The position numbers and the translations under genes were made by a program. From a virus: DNA of 37,282 nt. Below are positions 1-8,179 of the stretch, piece by piece (position 1 is the first letter of the stretch; each line of letters starts with the position of its first letter). The notes under the pieces are model-generated. The model had not been told where the DNA came from. It searched no databases and saw nothing but the letters and a program-made list of their open reading frames with translations. The DNA is taken from the IMG/VR virus record IMGVR_UViG_3300046792_000149. The stretch is one strand, 5' to 3'.

Positions 1-127
1 ATGAAACCGAGAACATGGGACATGACGAGACTCCGTTGGGAAAGGGGTGGACGAACCACCTGCTTTCGCGCTTTCAGAGTTTCGTCTTCGGTTTCGTCGT
101 GTGCGCTACTACAGGACCAATCTAGAA
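1..127. repeat. Terminal direct repeat, copy 1 (identical to 37156..37282); circular-assembly overlap
   Basis: Bases 1-127 (atgaaaccgagaacatggg...caggaccaatctagaa) recur base for base at 37156-37282. An exact overlap at both contig ends is the signature of a circular molecule. 127 is a common maximum assembler k-mer. Confidence 0.9.
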
Positions 128-313
128 TGCACTTACCAGGCCGATTGGCAAACCTATTTCAGGCCATCATGGAATGATTGCTTCTTCTTTCCGTGCCGTT
201 GCTCCGAATAAGCAATTGCTACTGCCTGCTTAATTGGTCGGCCTGCGTTGCGTTCGGTAGCAACGTTCTGGGAGAATGCGGCCTTTGATTTACCCGGATT
301 CAGCGGCATTGCG
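24..313 (-). promoter_or_regulatory. 290-bp non-coding region between the scaffold stop and the major capsid start (candidate late promoter / structured 5' UTR)
   Basis: Largest non-coding gap in the genome and visibly AT-richer than its flanks. Contains a perfect 10-bp palindrome AGCAATTGCT (211-220) and a hairpin GGTGG-acgaa-CCACC (46-60) about 25 nt upstream of the capsid SD (GGAG, 7-nt spacer). Also has tandem GTTTCGTC (79-86, 91-98), tandem GCTTTC (62-67, 70-75) and a hairpin CGTTGC-N8-GCAACG (247-266) just after the scaffold stop. No convincing sigma70 -10/-35 pair was found by eye. Confidence 0.35.
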
Positions 314-1462
314 TTACCTCAGGTTGAATCGCCTCTTGAGCTCGATGTCGAGCGCGTCGCGGTCGCGGGGCAATGGCTTGGGCCGCGCATCTGGGCGGGC
401 CGCGGGGCGGCGCAGGGATGGCGGACGGGGCGGGGCTGGCGGTTCGCGCCTGGTCGTTCCGCCGTTCTTGGCTGCGATGGCCTCCGTGATTGCCGAATGG
501 TCTGCGATGAGCTTGTCCTCGAGCACCTCGGCTGCCGCCTTGAGGTATGCCTTCTGCTTGCCGGTCGGCGAGCCGGCTTTGGTCCATTCGGCTTCGGCCA
601 GGCCGCCGATCCATTCGGCCGCGGTCAGCGGAGCGCCGGTCTTTTCGTCATGATCGACGATGACGCCGCTTTTCATGGCGGCATGCACCACCGGCACCGA
701 TTCAATCGCCTGCGTGGCCGTGACGACGCGGCCCATGTTCTCCTGACGCTGCAGGCGGCTGATTTCCTTGTCTCGGGTGTCTCGGTCCTTTTTCAGGGCC
801 TCGATGTCCGCATCGCGCTGCGCCTCTCGCTTCTGCTCGGGCGTCAGCTCCTCGGGCGGCTTGCCCTCCTTGCCGGCGATGAGCGATTCCAGCGCGTCGT
901 CGCGGCGCATCCCGCGCATGGCCAGGAGCTCGCCGAGACTGGCATTCTTGAGCTTGCCTTCGAGTTCTTCGCGCCGGCTACGCTCCGCGATCAGATTCGT
1001 CTCGATGGCGCGCGTCTGCTGCTCACGCTCGAGGGCCGCTAGCGCCGCGCGGCGCCGTTCACTTCCGGTGAGCTTGGGCGCCTCTTCTTCGGCATCCGTG
1101 CCCTCGGTGGCCGCCGTTGCTTCGTCGCCTTCGGCCGTGTTGGCATCGAGATGGACGTCAGGGTCTCCCTCGGCATCGGTGCCGGCGACATTGACGTTGG
1201 TCTTCTTGCCCTTGACGGGCCGGCCGACTCCTTCGACGCTGGTCCCCTCGAGGCCCAGGCGCTGGTCGCCGGTAGGCATCCCGCCGCCGTCTTCAGCGTC
1301 GTAGTCATTCCAGGCGAGGGCTACGGGCTCAGTCTCGGCGCTGTCCTCGGCAAAGTTGGGAATGCCCTGCTTCGGTGCCGGCTTCGCGGCGACTGGCGTT
1401 GGCGCGGGTTCTGCCTTGGCAGGCGGCGGCGCGGGGGCTGGTTCTGAACTTCGGTTGGCCAT
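314..1462 (-). CDS. Putative scaffolding protein (382 aa)
   Basis: Lies between portal and major capsid. Has a Pro/Ala-rich N-terminus followed by a long charged, coiled-coil-like E/R/K/A-rich region. An SD-like AAGAGAG lies upstream of the ATG at 1462. Called by position and composition only. Confidence 0.5.
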   Translation of the reverse strand: MANRSSEPAPAPPPAKAEPAPTPVAAKPAPKQGIPNFAEDSAETEPVALAWNDYDAEDGGGMPTGDQRLGLEGTSVEGVGRPVKGKKTNVNVAGTDAEGDPDVHLDANTAEGDEATAATEGTDAEEEAPKLTGSERRRAALAALEREQQTRAIETNLIAERSRREELEGKLKNASLGELLAMRGMRRDDALESLIAGKEGKPPEELTPEQKREAQRDADIEALKKDRDTRDKEISRLQRQENMGRVVTATQAIESVPVVHAAMKSGVIVDHDEKTGAPLTAAEWIGGLAEAEWTKAGSPTGKQKAYLKAAAEVLEDKLIADHSAITEAIAAKNGGTTRREPPAPPRPPSLRRPAARPDARPKPLPRDRDALDIELKRRFNLR

Positions 1463-1492
1463 GTGTTCTCTCTTTCGTCGTTGGGTTGCGTC

Positions 1493-3388
1493 TTACTGAA
1501 CGGGACCTTGCGGCGGCGGCACCGGCGGCGCGCCGGTGGGCATCGGCGTGGCTTGCGGGACCGGCGACGTCGGCAATGGAGCGCCAGGCGGCGGCGCAGG
1601 AGGGCCGGGGAGCATCTGCTGAGCTACGCCCGGCGCAAGCTTCGTCGGGTCGATGGCGTCGATCAGCTTCGAGAGCAGCGCCATGTGGCCGATTGGATAG
1701 TTCGCCTTGCTCGACCAGGCCAACAAGTAGCGTTGCCGCGCGTAGTTGAACAGCGTCTCCGCGTTCAGGTACGGCGGCGGCGTGTTGTACTTCCCTTCTT
1801 CGAGGATGTCGTCAACGATCGATTCCATCGCATACTGCGGCGCGAGCTGCAGATCGATAATCGGCGACAGGTCGGGCACGTCGGCCGCGCGCATGGCGTC
1901 TTCACGCGTGAGCCAACCTTTATCGATCAGGAAGTTCGCGCGCTCGAGACGACCGGCGACCGTGGCGCCGAAGATGCTCGACGGGTAGACGCGAATTTCC
2001 TCGTCATAATCCTTGTTTCCCTCGTCCATCGGGAACGCGATTTCCGAGTAAGAACCGCGACGAATGGCGCGGTACTTGACCTCGGAGGCGCGGCCGTCCC
2101 GAATCAGGTCGCCCGTGAGTCGATTCCACCACTCAGTGGTTTCGACGACAGTTCCCTCCCAGAGCTGCGAGAGCAGCGCTAGGCGGTCCTGCTGCAGCTC
2201 GGTCGATTCCTGGATGGCGACGGCTGCCGTGAGCCCGGCGGGCTTGACGCCAGCGGCAATCTGCGGCGACACGCCAAGCGTCTCATAGCCGAGGCCCTTG
2301 AGGTGCTCGACGTATTGATACCACTCGGGCGAGACGGCCGTTATGGGCGCGAACACTGGCGCAGTGTTCTTGAACCTGACAATCTGGATGTCAGAATTCG
2401 TGACCTTTGTCGGCGCCGTCTCGTTTTCCTGCAGTCCGATCAACTGCATGGCCGACTTTTGGTGTGTCTCGCGGATGCGCTGATAGGAGTCGTTCAGCTC
2501 CAGCTGCAGATCGACCAGCTTTGCCACCGCGCCCACGCCCCACATTCCGATCTGACCCTCATCGAATGTGCGCAGAATCAGCGGCCAGCCGTCATACTTC
2601 CATTCGCGGTCGCTGCCCTCGACGACGTGATTGCCGCAAATCAGGATGGTTCGACCCTGTGGACCACGCTTCCATGCATGAACAATCCGCACCTGACTGC
2701 GCGGCATCGAGCCGCCGTAGACGATTCCCGACGGCGAACCAAGGGACGACTCCTTGAGCTGGTCGAGCGGAATGCGGTACATCTCGGACGCCTGCTCGAT
2801 GGGCAGGTAGGTCACGTGATACGCGCAATCAGGCTTGCGATACCGAGACTCCACCTCGTCGAAGAGAAACTCCCACTCGGGATAGCGCGCGACAGTCACC
2901 TCATCGGCCGAGTCATCGACCTTCAGCACACCGCCGTCGCCGATGAGGAGGTCCCGAAACATCAGGGACGCTTCTTCCTGATATTTGTTCTTGTGCGCCC
3001 ACGCGTCCGAGATGTCGGTTTTGTCGCGAGCTGCGCGGTTCACGCGATAGTCGCCGCCATTGGGCAGGAATTGCGCGCGCGGGCGAAACGAACAGATGCG
3101 ATTGCGAATCGCGTTTACGATCGCATAGCAGATGTTGAAAGTGATGTCCTCGGAGTTCCAGAGCGGGTTCCGCTCGTAGCCGGACATCGAGAGCTGATAC
3201 AGGTCACCCAGCGGGCGCCCCATGTAGAGCTCGGTATAAAACAGGATGTCGTTGCGCCGGGCCATCTCGAGCTGAGTGCGCTCGAGGTGATCGACGGCGG
3301 CCTGCAACGACTTGGCGACCGGCGACGAATCGACCGTATCGCCGCCCTTTGGCTCCTGAAACCATGCCTCGGGAGACGTCCCGGGCAA
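1493..3388 (-). CDS. Portal protein (about 631 aa)
   Basis: A 631-aa ORF downstream of the large terminase and directly upstream of scaffold and capsid. Size, position and the Pro-rich C-terminal tail fit a portal. The longest ORF begins with TTG at 3388, so the true start is uncertain. Confidence 0.65.
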   Translation of the reverse strand: MPGTSPEAWFQEPKGGDTVDSSPVAKSLQAAVDHLERTQLEMARRNDILFYTELYMGRPLGDLYQLSMSGYERNPLWNSEDITFNICYAIVNAIRNRICSFRPRAQFLPNGGDYRVNRAARDKTDISDAWAHKNKYQEEASLMFRDLLIGDGGVLKVDDSADEVTVARYPEWEFLFDEVESRYRKPDCAYHVTYLPIEQASEMYRIPLDQLKESSLGSPSGIVYGGSMPRSQVRIVHAWKRGPQGRTILICGNHVVEGSDREWKYDGWPLILRTFDEGQIGMWGVGAVAKLVDLQLELNDSYQRIRETHQKSAMQLIGLQENETAPTKVTNSDIQIVRFKNTAPVFAPITAVSPEWYQYVEHLKGLGYETLGVSPQIAAGVKPAGLTAAVAIQESTELQQDRLALLSQLWEGTVVETTEWWNRLTGDLIRDGRASEVKYRAIRRGSYSEIAFPMDEGNKDYDEEIRVYPSSIFGATVAGRLERANFLIDKGWLTREDAMRAADVPDLSPIIDLQLAPQYAMESIVDDILEEGKYNTPPPYLNAETLFNYARQRYLLAWSSKANYPIGHMALLSKLIDAIDPTKLAPGVAQQMLPGPPAPPPGAPLPTSPVPQATPMPTGAPPVPPPQGPVQ

Positions 3389-3405
3389 GTCCTCATTTGG
3401 ATAGC

Positions 3406-3735
3406 TCAGTTCAGCGGAGACACGCTTTCCGGCTGTGGCCGCGTCGTTTCATCTTCGTCGGGCGTCGAGAGCCCGAGGGCAATCTCACGCTCTGCGATCC
3501 GTTCCTCAAGTAGGCGATGCATCAGATTCGCAACCCGATTCAAGTACGGCCCGGCATACTCGGCGAACCAGCGCTCCGGGTCGGGCCGAATCAGGTCACG
3601 CGCGCGCAGGCGAGCGCCAGCCTTGCGGGCGACGCGGTAGATTGCGACGGTGCGCTCCCAGGCGTCGACATCGGTTGGCGCGATGCCGCGATAGGTGTCA
3701 CTCATCGACTTCGCGCCCTTCGTCTTCGCCATCAT
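3406..3735 (-). CDS. Hypothetical protein between terminase and portal
   Basis: High third-position GC and basic/acidic helical sequence. An alternative start (MSDTYRG, ATG at 3705) overlaps the stop of the upstream ORF as ATGAGTGA. Confidence 0.5.
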   Translation of the reverse strand: MMAKTKGAKSMSDTYRGIAPTDVDAWERTVAIYRVARKAGARLRARDLIRPDPERWFAEYAGPYLNRVANLMHRLLEERIAEREIALGLSTPDEDETTRPQPESVSPLN

Positions 3736-4036
3736 CGCGAACCGCTGGCGCCGAGCCCATCCACTCGCGCGGCCAGGGAGGCAGATAGCCGAAAGCGCGC
3801 ATGGTCACGCCGAGATTTCTTTCGCGGGTGTGAGTGCCCGCAGGAGCACCGACGCGGCCAAATGTGATTGACTTGACCGCTGAGTCGCAGCCTTCCAAAG
3901 GATCGTCAACATCAGAGAGCGATCGAGCCGCGGAAGGTCTGGCAAGGAGGCCAAGTAGCGGATTCGGCGCAATCTCGTCGATGACGACGAACTCACTGAT
4001 TCCTCTGCCTGTTGCGTCCCGCGAAGTATCCGCCAT
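3698..4036 (-). CDS. Hypothetical protein (112 aa), overlaps the terL 3' end by 44 nt
   Basis: The only plausible frame filling the 3736-3992 gap, with reasonable codon bias. The long overlap with terL makes the start uncertain. Confidence 0.35.
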   Translation of the reverse strand: MADTSRDATGRGISEFVVIDEIAPNPLLGLLARPSAARSLSDVDDPLEGCDSAVKSITFGRVGAPAGTHTRERNLGVTMRAFGYLPPWPREWMGSAPAVRDDGEDEGREVDE

Positions 4037-5417
4037 GTGCTTGCCTTTGCTCTTCGAGATTGTTTAGGTATTCGTCCATCGGGTCAAGTAGGACCTTAGG
4101 TTTTGCAACCGGCAACTCGCGCAACATGTCGCGCGCCTTGCGCCAAGAATAGAGCCACGCGTCGCCGAGGTCTGAATGGTCGGCATTTTCCGCTAGCTTG
4201 CCGGGCTTCTTCCAGCGCACACGCTTGGCCTCACGAATCATCGGCGAACCCTTTTCGACGAAGGTCTTACCCGTGCGCAGGTCGGTATTGAGCCACTCGA
4301 TGTACTGGACCTTCTCTTTCTTGTCGGCCTCCATCCAGTGGATATCGGGCGCATCGACGCGAAACGTCTCGATGGTCTTGCGCGTTGCGTGACCGGCTGG
4401 GTCGTAGACGACGCTCGGGAGCTTGCCGTCCTGACCTGGATACTGCGGCGCGAGCTTGCGGACGCGCGCAAATAGTTGGTGATTGTTCTGCTTGCTCAGG
4501 CCCTCGCAATAGCGCAGCACGCTGAACTGCCGATGCGTCTCGACGCCCGTTGCGGCTATCGCGTCCATGTCATTCCAGCCGAGGTCAAGCCCGAGGACGT
4601 GGGCATAGTAGTCACGTGGCGCGATTTCAATGATGGCTTCTTCGGGAATGAAGTAAACCAGCGCGTCTGGATCCACGATCCACTGGCCGAGCCACTCTCT
4701 ACGATAAGTAACCGAGTCTTCCGTAAGAGCGTACATCGCTCTCGCCTCGGCCAAGCCATCGCGACCAGCACGCACGTAGAACGGGTTTTGGTTGACCGTC
4801 CAGTGGTGGTCGTTCGACCACTCAGGAGAATGGCAACAATCGAAGAAGAACCCGTCCGCGACCTCAGACGGTGTCCCAGTCGCATAGACCTGGCCTCGGT
4901 AGTCGAGGGTCGTCGGCATGATCGCCGCTTTGGCCAGCTTCGCAAACCACTCGGGCGCGAGCTGTGCCTCATCGATCCAAACGAGCCGAAACTTACGACC
5001 GCGAGCCCGTTCGGCGTCTTTGCGCGTGTTGAAGCCGAGAACTTCGATCTTGGACGTGCCCCACGACCAACATCGCTCAGTCCAGCGTTCACGCAGTCCG
5101 AGCTCATAGGCTAGGTTGTACTCCCGGAGGTCTTCCCAGACGATGTCGACGCCTTGCTCATCACTGGGCGCGAAGTAGCAGATACCGGCCGGTCCACCTT
5201 TCCGCAACACACGCAGGCTCTTCCCGAGGAACGTTGTAGTTTTTCCGGCACGCCGACCAGGATCGGCTGCCACCAGTGGTCGCACGTCGTCTCGGAGGCT
5301 GCATTGTTCGGGCCCAAGGAGCTCTTGGAACGCTTTCCAACCCGGCGGCTCATGTGTTTCCTGCGCCTTCAGGACGCGAACCGCGAGCTCCAAAATCCGC
5401 GGGTCCGGGGCGCGCAT
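3993..5417 (-). CDS. terL: Terminase large subunit
   Basis: Walker A DPGRRAGKTT and Walker B-like FRLVWIDEAQ, plus ATGTP coupling motif. The C-terminal RNaseH-like nuclease region has GLDLGWNDMDA and a later HSDLGDAW acidic motif. 474 aa, upstream of portal. Confidence 0.9.
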   Translation of the reverse strand: MRAPDPRILELAVRVLKAQETHEPPGWKAFQELLGPEQCSLRDDVRPLVAADPGRRAGKTTTFLGKSLRVLRKGGPAGICYFAPSDEQGVDIVWEDLREYNLAYELGLRERWTERCWSWGTSKIEVLGFNTRKDAERARGRKFRLVWIDEAQLAPEWFAKLAKAAIMPTTLDYRGQVYATGTPSEVADGFFFDCCHSPEWSNDHHWTVNQNPFYVRAGRDGLAEARAMYALTEDSVTYRREWLGQWIVDPDALVYFIPEEAIIEIAPRDYYAHVLGLDLGWNDMDAIAATGVETHRQFSVLRYCEGLSKQNNHQLFARVRKLAPQYPGQDGKLPSVVYDPAGHATRKTIETFRVDAPDIHWMEADKKEKVQYIEWLNTDLRTGKTFVEKGSPMIREAKRVRWKKPGKLAENADHSDLGDAWLYSWRKARDMLRELPVAKPKVLLDPMDEYLNNLEEQRQAHGGYFAGRNRQRNQ

Positions 5418-5810
5418 TCAAGCGACGGCCTCCCACTTGATCCCATGGCAATCGGCCCAGCGTCTCCAGCACGGCGTGGGCTGTAACACCTTTAGTTCCT
5501 CGCGCGGCCATTCCTTGAGCAGCTGCAACCCGAATCCCTGGCCGCGTAGTCCAGCCTTCACGTAGACCATCGCCAGCGTGCGCGGGTCGCGCCAGACAGC
5601 GAAGCCGACCAGCACGCCGCCTGTCTCGGCAACAGCAACACGCCCGCTCTCGAGCCACTCGTCCACCATCGGGCCGCATTTGGCTTCCCAGCCGCGCCAG
5701 GTCACGCCGTCGCGACGCGGCCAACGCACTTTGAGCGTCGTCTCGCGCACGAATTGGGATTCACCTCGAGCGCGACCGAGCGGGCGGATGACGACGGCGA
5801 GGTCATTCAC
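5418..5810 (-). CDS. GNAT-family N-acetyltransferase (130 aa, GTG start)
   Basis: Acetyl-CoA motif A: VYVKAGLRGQGFGLQLL (R/Q-x-x-G-x-G/A). The GTG start at 5810 overlaps the upstream stop as GTGA. Its own stop (5418-5420) directly abuts the terL ATG (5417). Confidence 0.7.
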   Translation of the reverse strand: MNDLAVVIRPLGRARGESQFVRETTLKVRWPRRDGVTWRGWEAKCGPMVDEWLESGRVAVAETGGVLVGFAVWRDPRTLAMVYVKAGLRGQGFGLQLLKEWPREELKVLQPTPCWRRWADCHGIKWEAVA

Positions 5811-6079
5811 CGACGCACCCAGCGCAGCACAGAGCCCCAACTCGAGCCGACGACGCGCCCAAACCAACGCAACGGCGCAAACAGCCGTGACAGCGCCTCT
5901 CGCCTGCGCTGCGCCTTATCCAGCTTCGCAAGGAACAGCCGTTCAACGCGCGCCATCTCGACCAGGAGACGTCCGCGCTCCGTCTGCGACTGACTGACCC
6001 AATCGCGCTTGACGTCGGCCCACGAGCGTCCCATACGCTGTGCGTAGGTCTGCAGCGTCTGGCGCGCGCCCGGCGTCAT
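5807..6079 (-). CDS. Hypothetical protein (90 aa); small-terminase candidate by position only
   Basis: The ATG at 6079 overlaps the upstream stop (ATGA). Helical, basic protein two genes upstream of terL. No motif recognised. Confidence 0.5.
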   Translation of the reverse strand: MTPGARQTLQTYAQRMGRSWADVKRDWVSQSQTERGRLLVEMARVERLFLAKLDKAQRRREALSRLFAPLRWFGRVVGSSWGSVLRWVRR

Positions 6080-6285
6080 CGCGACAGGTCCGCCAGAATC
6101 TCTGCAGCACAACGCAGTAGGGTCGCGGCGCGCGTAGAGGGACGCGGGTAGTCGGTCGGGCGATTGCGCGCGTCTTTGAGTACCTCGACGGCCAGAAGCG
6201 CGAGACGGGTAGCCTCGGTCAGTGTGGAATCGATTTCATCGAGGCCTGACTGCTTTCGGTCAGGATCGCAGGACGCGCAGCTCAT
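6076..6285 (-). CDS. Hypothetical protein (69 aa)
   Basis: ATGA overlaps at both ends (6282-6285 and 6076-6079) tie it into the operon. Confidence 0.5.
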   Translation of the reverse strand: MSCASCDPDRKQSGLDEIDSTLTEATRLALLAVEVLKDARNRPTDYPRPSTRAATLLRCAAEILADLSR

Positions 6286-6476
6286 TCGTCCACCAACAGG
6301 CTGATCGCCGCCGCCAGATAGCCCGCGGCCATCTTCAGCTCGCCCGCGTCAATCGCCTTCGTCGCGTCGAGCATCGCCATCTTGGCCCCCGCCTTCCGCG
6401 CGTCATTGAAGCTGGGTGCGTGCGGGTTCGTTGCGGCGTGGCGGTCGTACTGGGCCTCAGTCATGCGTTTCGACAT
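6282..6476 (-). CDS. Hypothetical protein (64 aa), first gene of the packaging operon
   Basis: The ATG at 6476 is preceded by a perfect SD, AGGAGG (6484-6489 region). The longer track ORF (to 6617) has no RBS and runs through the intergenic region. Confidence 0.55.
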   Translation of the reverse strand: MSKRMTEAQYDRHAATNPHAPSFNDARKAGAKMAMLDATKAIDAGELKMAAGYLAAAISLLVDE

Positions 6477-6608
6477 CGTTTCGTCCTCCTGACTCGTCCA
6501 GTGTGTAGTCAGGGCCACGCAGCTTTCAAACCGAATTGAAGCTTTTGAAACCATCGAATTCGCATGACACGGTTGACAGCGGACCGTCGCATGTGCACCA
6601 TGACGTGC
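6477..6608. promoter_or_regulatory. Divergent intergenic region (candidate back-to-back promoters)
   Basis: AT-richer 132 bp between divergent genes. Inverted TTTCAAA (6524-6530) / TTTGAAA (6544-6550) gives a TTGAAA -35-like hexamer on each strand. On the minus strand, TTGAAA-N16-TACACA precedes the AGGAGG SD. On the plus strand, TTGACA (6573-6578)-N17-CACCAT ends 7 nt before the ATG at 6609, so the transcript could be leaderless. The -10 elements are weak. Confidence 0.3.
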
Positions 6609-7001
6609 ATGCGCCACCTACTCCCCGCCCTGTGCCTGTTCGCCGCCGCCTGCGGTACTACGCCGACCGCCGAGACTGCCTCAGAGGCGAACGTCTCGCT
6701 GCTCGGGTCCTGGTCGATTCACATGACCCCAACCGACCGCGTGGTGACGACGATTCCGCCGCCCTGCGATGGCTCGATGACGGTCACGCAGGATGACGCC
6801 GCGGGCGTGAATGGCACATGGTCATGTGGCGCCGGCATCGGTTCGCTCGGGGGCTTTCGCGTTCACGAGAGCGGCGGCGCCTGGATTGGCTTCGCTACGC
6901 CCTCGACCATCACGGGAGCGCCTGACTCGTGGCTGCGCGCGTGGGTTCAGATTGCATCGGCATCGACCCTGAGCGGCGATGATCTGACAGCCTCGAGATA
7001 G
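6609..7001 (+). CDS. Lipoprotein (130 aa), opposite-strand moron-like gene
   Basis: The N-terminus MRHLLPALCLFAAAC has a lipobox (F-A-A-A-C) after a short basic n-region and hydrophobic core. It is the only plus-strand gene in this part of the genome and converges on 7161..7586. Confidence 0.65.
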   Translation: MRHLLPALCLFAAACGTTPTAETASEANVSLLGSWSIHMTPTDRVVTTIPPPCDGSMTVTQDDAAGVNGTWSCGAGIGSLGGFRVHESGGAWIGFATPSTITGAPDSWLRAWVQIASASTLSGDDLTASR

Positions 7002-7016
7002 AGGGCACAGGAGTGG

Positions 7017-7055
7017 CAGTCCGGAGTATCCGGTCACTGTCACGTATTCAATTTC
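7017..7055 (+). terminator. Possible intrinsic terminator after the lipoprotein gene
   Basis: Hairpin CAGT-CCGGA-gta-TCCGG-(tc)-ACTG (7017-7039) is followed by a T-rich stretch TATTCAATTT, 16 nt after the stop. The stem is short and bulged. Confidence 0.25.
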
Positions 7056-7160
7056 CCCTCGGTCAAGCATCAGAGCGATTGCAGCAACCGGGCACAGGAG
7101 ACGCGCTGCCACTCGCGTCGGCCGCTCCCGGCGTCACAGCTCACAGGCTGGGTACGCTCG

Positions 7161-7586
7161 TCACTTCGAAGGTGCATCTCCGTTGGTCGGCTTCACATCG
7201 ATCACATCGCTGCGCTTGCGAGCTTCGCGCTCGGCGAGCTCGAGCATTTCGGCTAGACGCTTCTCGACGGCTTTCTCAATCTGCTCGTCGTTGCGAACAG
7301 GGCCGATAAGACGGTCGAGCCACATCGCCATGTATTGCGGCTTGGCGTCCAGTGTGGAGACAAGTTCATCATCGGTTCCCTTGAGATACTTCACCTCTCC
7401 GAAAGCCAAAGCCTTGAGACGCACGAACGTTTCGCGCATCTCATCGACCGTCGCGAACTCGTTTTGCAGCATCTTTTCGATGCGCCTACGTCGCGTCTGA
7501 CGGCTCGGGAACTTGCGGGAAAGTTCGTCCTTAGTTGATCCGGTCAGTGACGTCTCGAAAGCTCCGGTCTTCGGGTCGTACTCCAT
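7161..7586 (-). CDS. Hypothetical protein (141 aa)
   Basis: Last gene of the leftward early operon, with an AGGA SD 7 nt upstream. Charged helical protein with an RRRR patch. No motif recognised. Confidence 0.55.
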   Translation of the reverse strand: MEYDPKTGAFETSLTGSTKDELSRKFPSRQTRRRRIEKMLQNEFATVDEMRETFVRLKALAFGEVKYLKGTDDELVSTLDAKPQYMAMWLDRLIGPVRNDEQIEKAVEKRLAEMLELAEREARKRSDVIDVKPTNGDAPSK

Positions 7587-7603
7587 GCTCCAATCCTAGC
7601 TGA

Positions 7604-8179
7604 TTATGCCGCTCGCCTGCGCAACCGTTCGCCAATCGCAGCACGGCGCTTCTGGCACGTCATGGCGTTGTGCCCTTGCGCGGCACAGAACGAGCAGTGA
7701 TGCGTCTGGCTCTTTTTCTTCGGCACGTAGATGCTCTTGACCCAGCCGCTTGCCGGGCAAAACGACGCGCGGTGCCCAACGGCCCCGCACCCTCGGCAGG
7801 TGGGTGGACCAAGTTTTACCTCGCCCTTCGCAGCCAGCGCGGCCTGGTAAGCGTTACGCCGCGCCATCGACATCAGGGCCCGCGTTTCGGATGAACGCGT
7901 CTTGAGCGCGGACGGCGCGATTGGCGTGCGCACTTGCAGCCGCTCCCAGTCCTCGACGGCTTCGGCCTCGGTCTCACGGCACGGACCTTGGTACACCTGG
8001 CCGTGGTCGATGAACCGATAGGCGTAACGCACGATTCGGCCGCTCGAGACCTTTGCGACGTGCTTGCCTGTCTTCGGTCCGCACTGGTCATCGGGCGGGA
8101 CAAGCTCTCGAATCAGCCGGCGCGCTTGTCGGCGCGAAATGATCTTGTGCTCTTGCCCGTCGTCGGTAATGAGTTTCAT
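7604..8179 (-). CDS. AP2-like DNA-binding domain protein with two CCHC zinc knuckles (191 aa)
   Basis: The ATG at 8179 has a GGAGG SD and an ATGA overlap with the upstream gene. The central part, VAKVSSGRIVRYAYRFIDHGQVYQGPCRETEAEAVEDWERL, is AP2-like. The C-terminus carries CRGCGAVGHRASFC and CSFCAAQGHNAMTC, both exact C-x2-C-x4-H-x4-C with the GH dipeptide. The 110-aa N-terminal extension in the track ORF overlaps two upstream genes and was discarded. Confidence 0.65.
   Translation of the reverse strand: MKLITDDGQEHKIISRRQARRLIRELVPPDDQCGPKTGKHVAKVSSGRIVRYAYRFIDHGQVYQGPCRETEAEAVEDWERLQVRTPIAPSALKTRSSETRALMSMARRNAYQAALAAKGEVKLGPPTCRGCGAVGHRASFCPASGWVKSIYVPKKKSQTHHCSFCAAQGHNAMTCQKRRAAIGERLRRRAA

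Noticed and set aside
2303-3640. Very long ORFs antisense to real genes. Examples: 248..1042 (+), 2303..3640 (+), 15038..16225 (+), 35808..36647 (+), 36705..37280 (+), 19730..20356 (-), 21666..22466 (-), 22886..23923 (-) and 14095..14667 (-).
   Set aside because: They are Arg/Ala/Gly/Pro-rich shadow ORFs of the kind expected opposite genuine genes in high-GC DNA. They lack an RBS, lack motif content, and overlap ORFs that have clear domains (portal, exonuclease, capsid).
6822-7112. Minus-strand 96-aa ORF overlapping the lipoprotein gene's 3' end and the convergent gap.
   Set aside because: Arg/Cys/Pro-rich with no RBS. It is antisense to a gene that has a clear lipoprotein signal.
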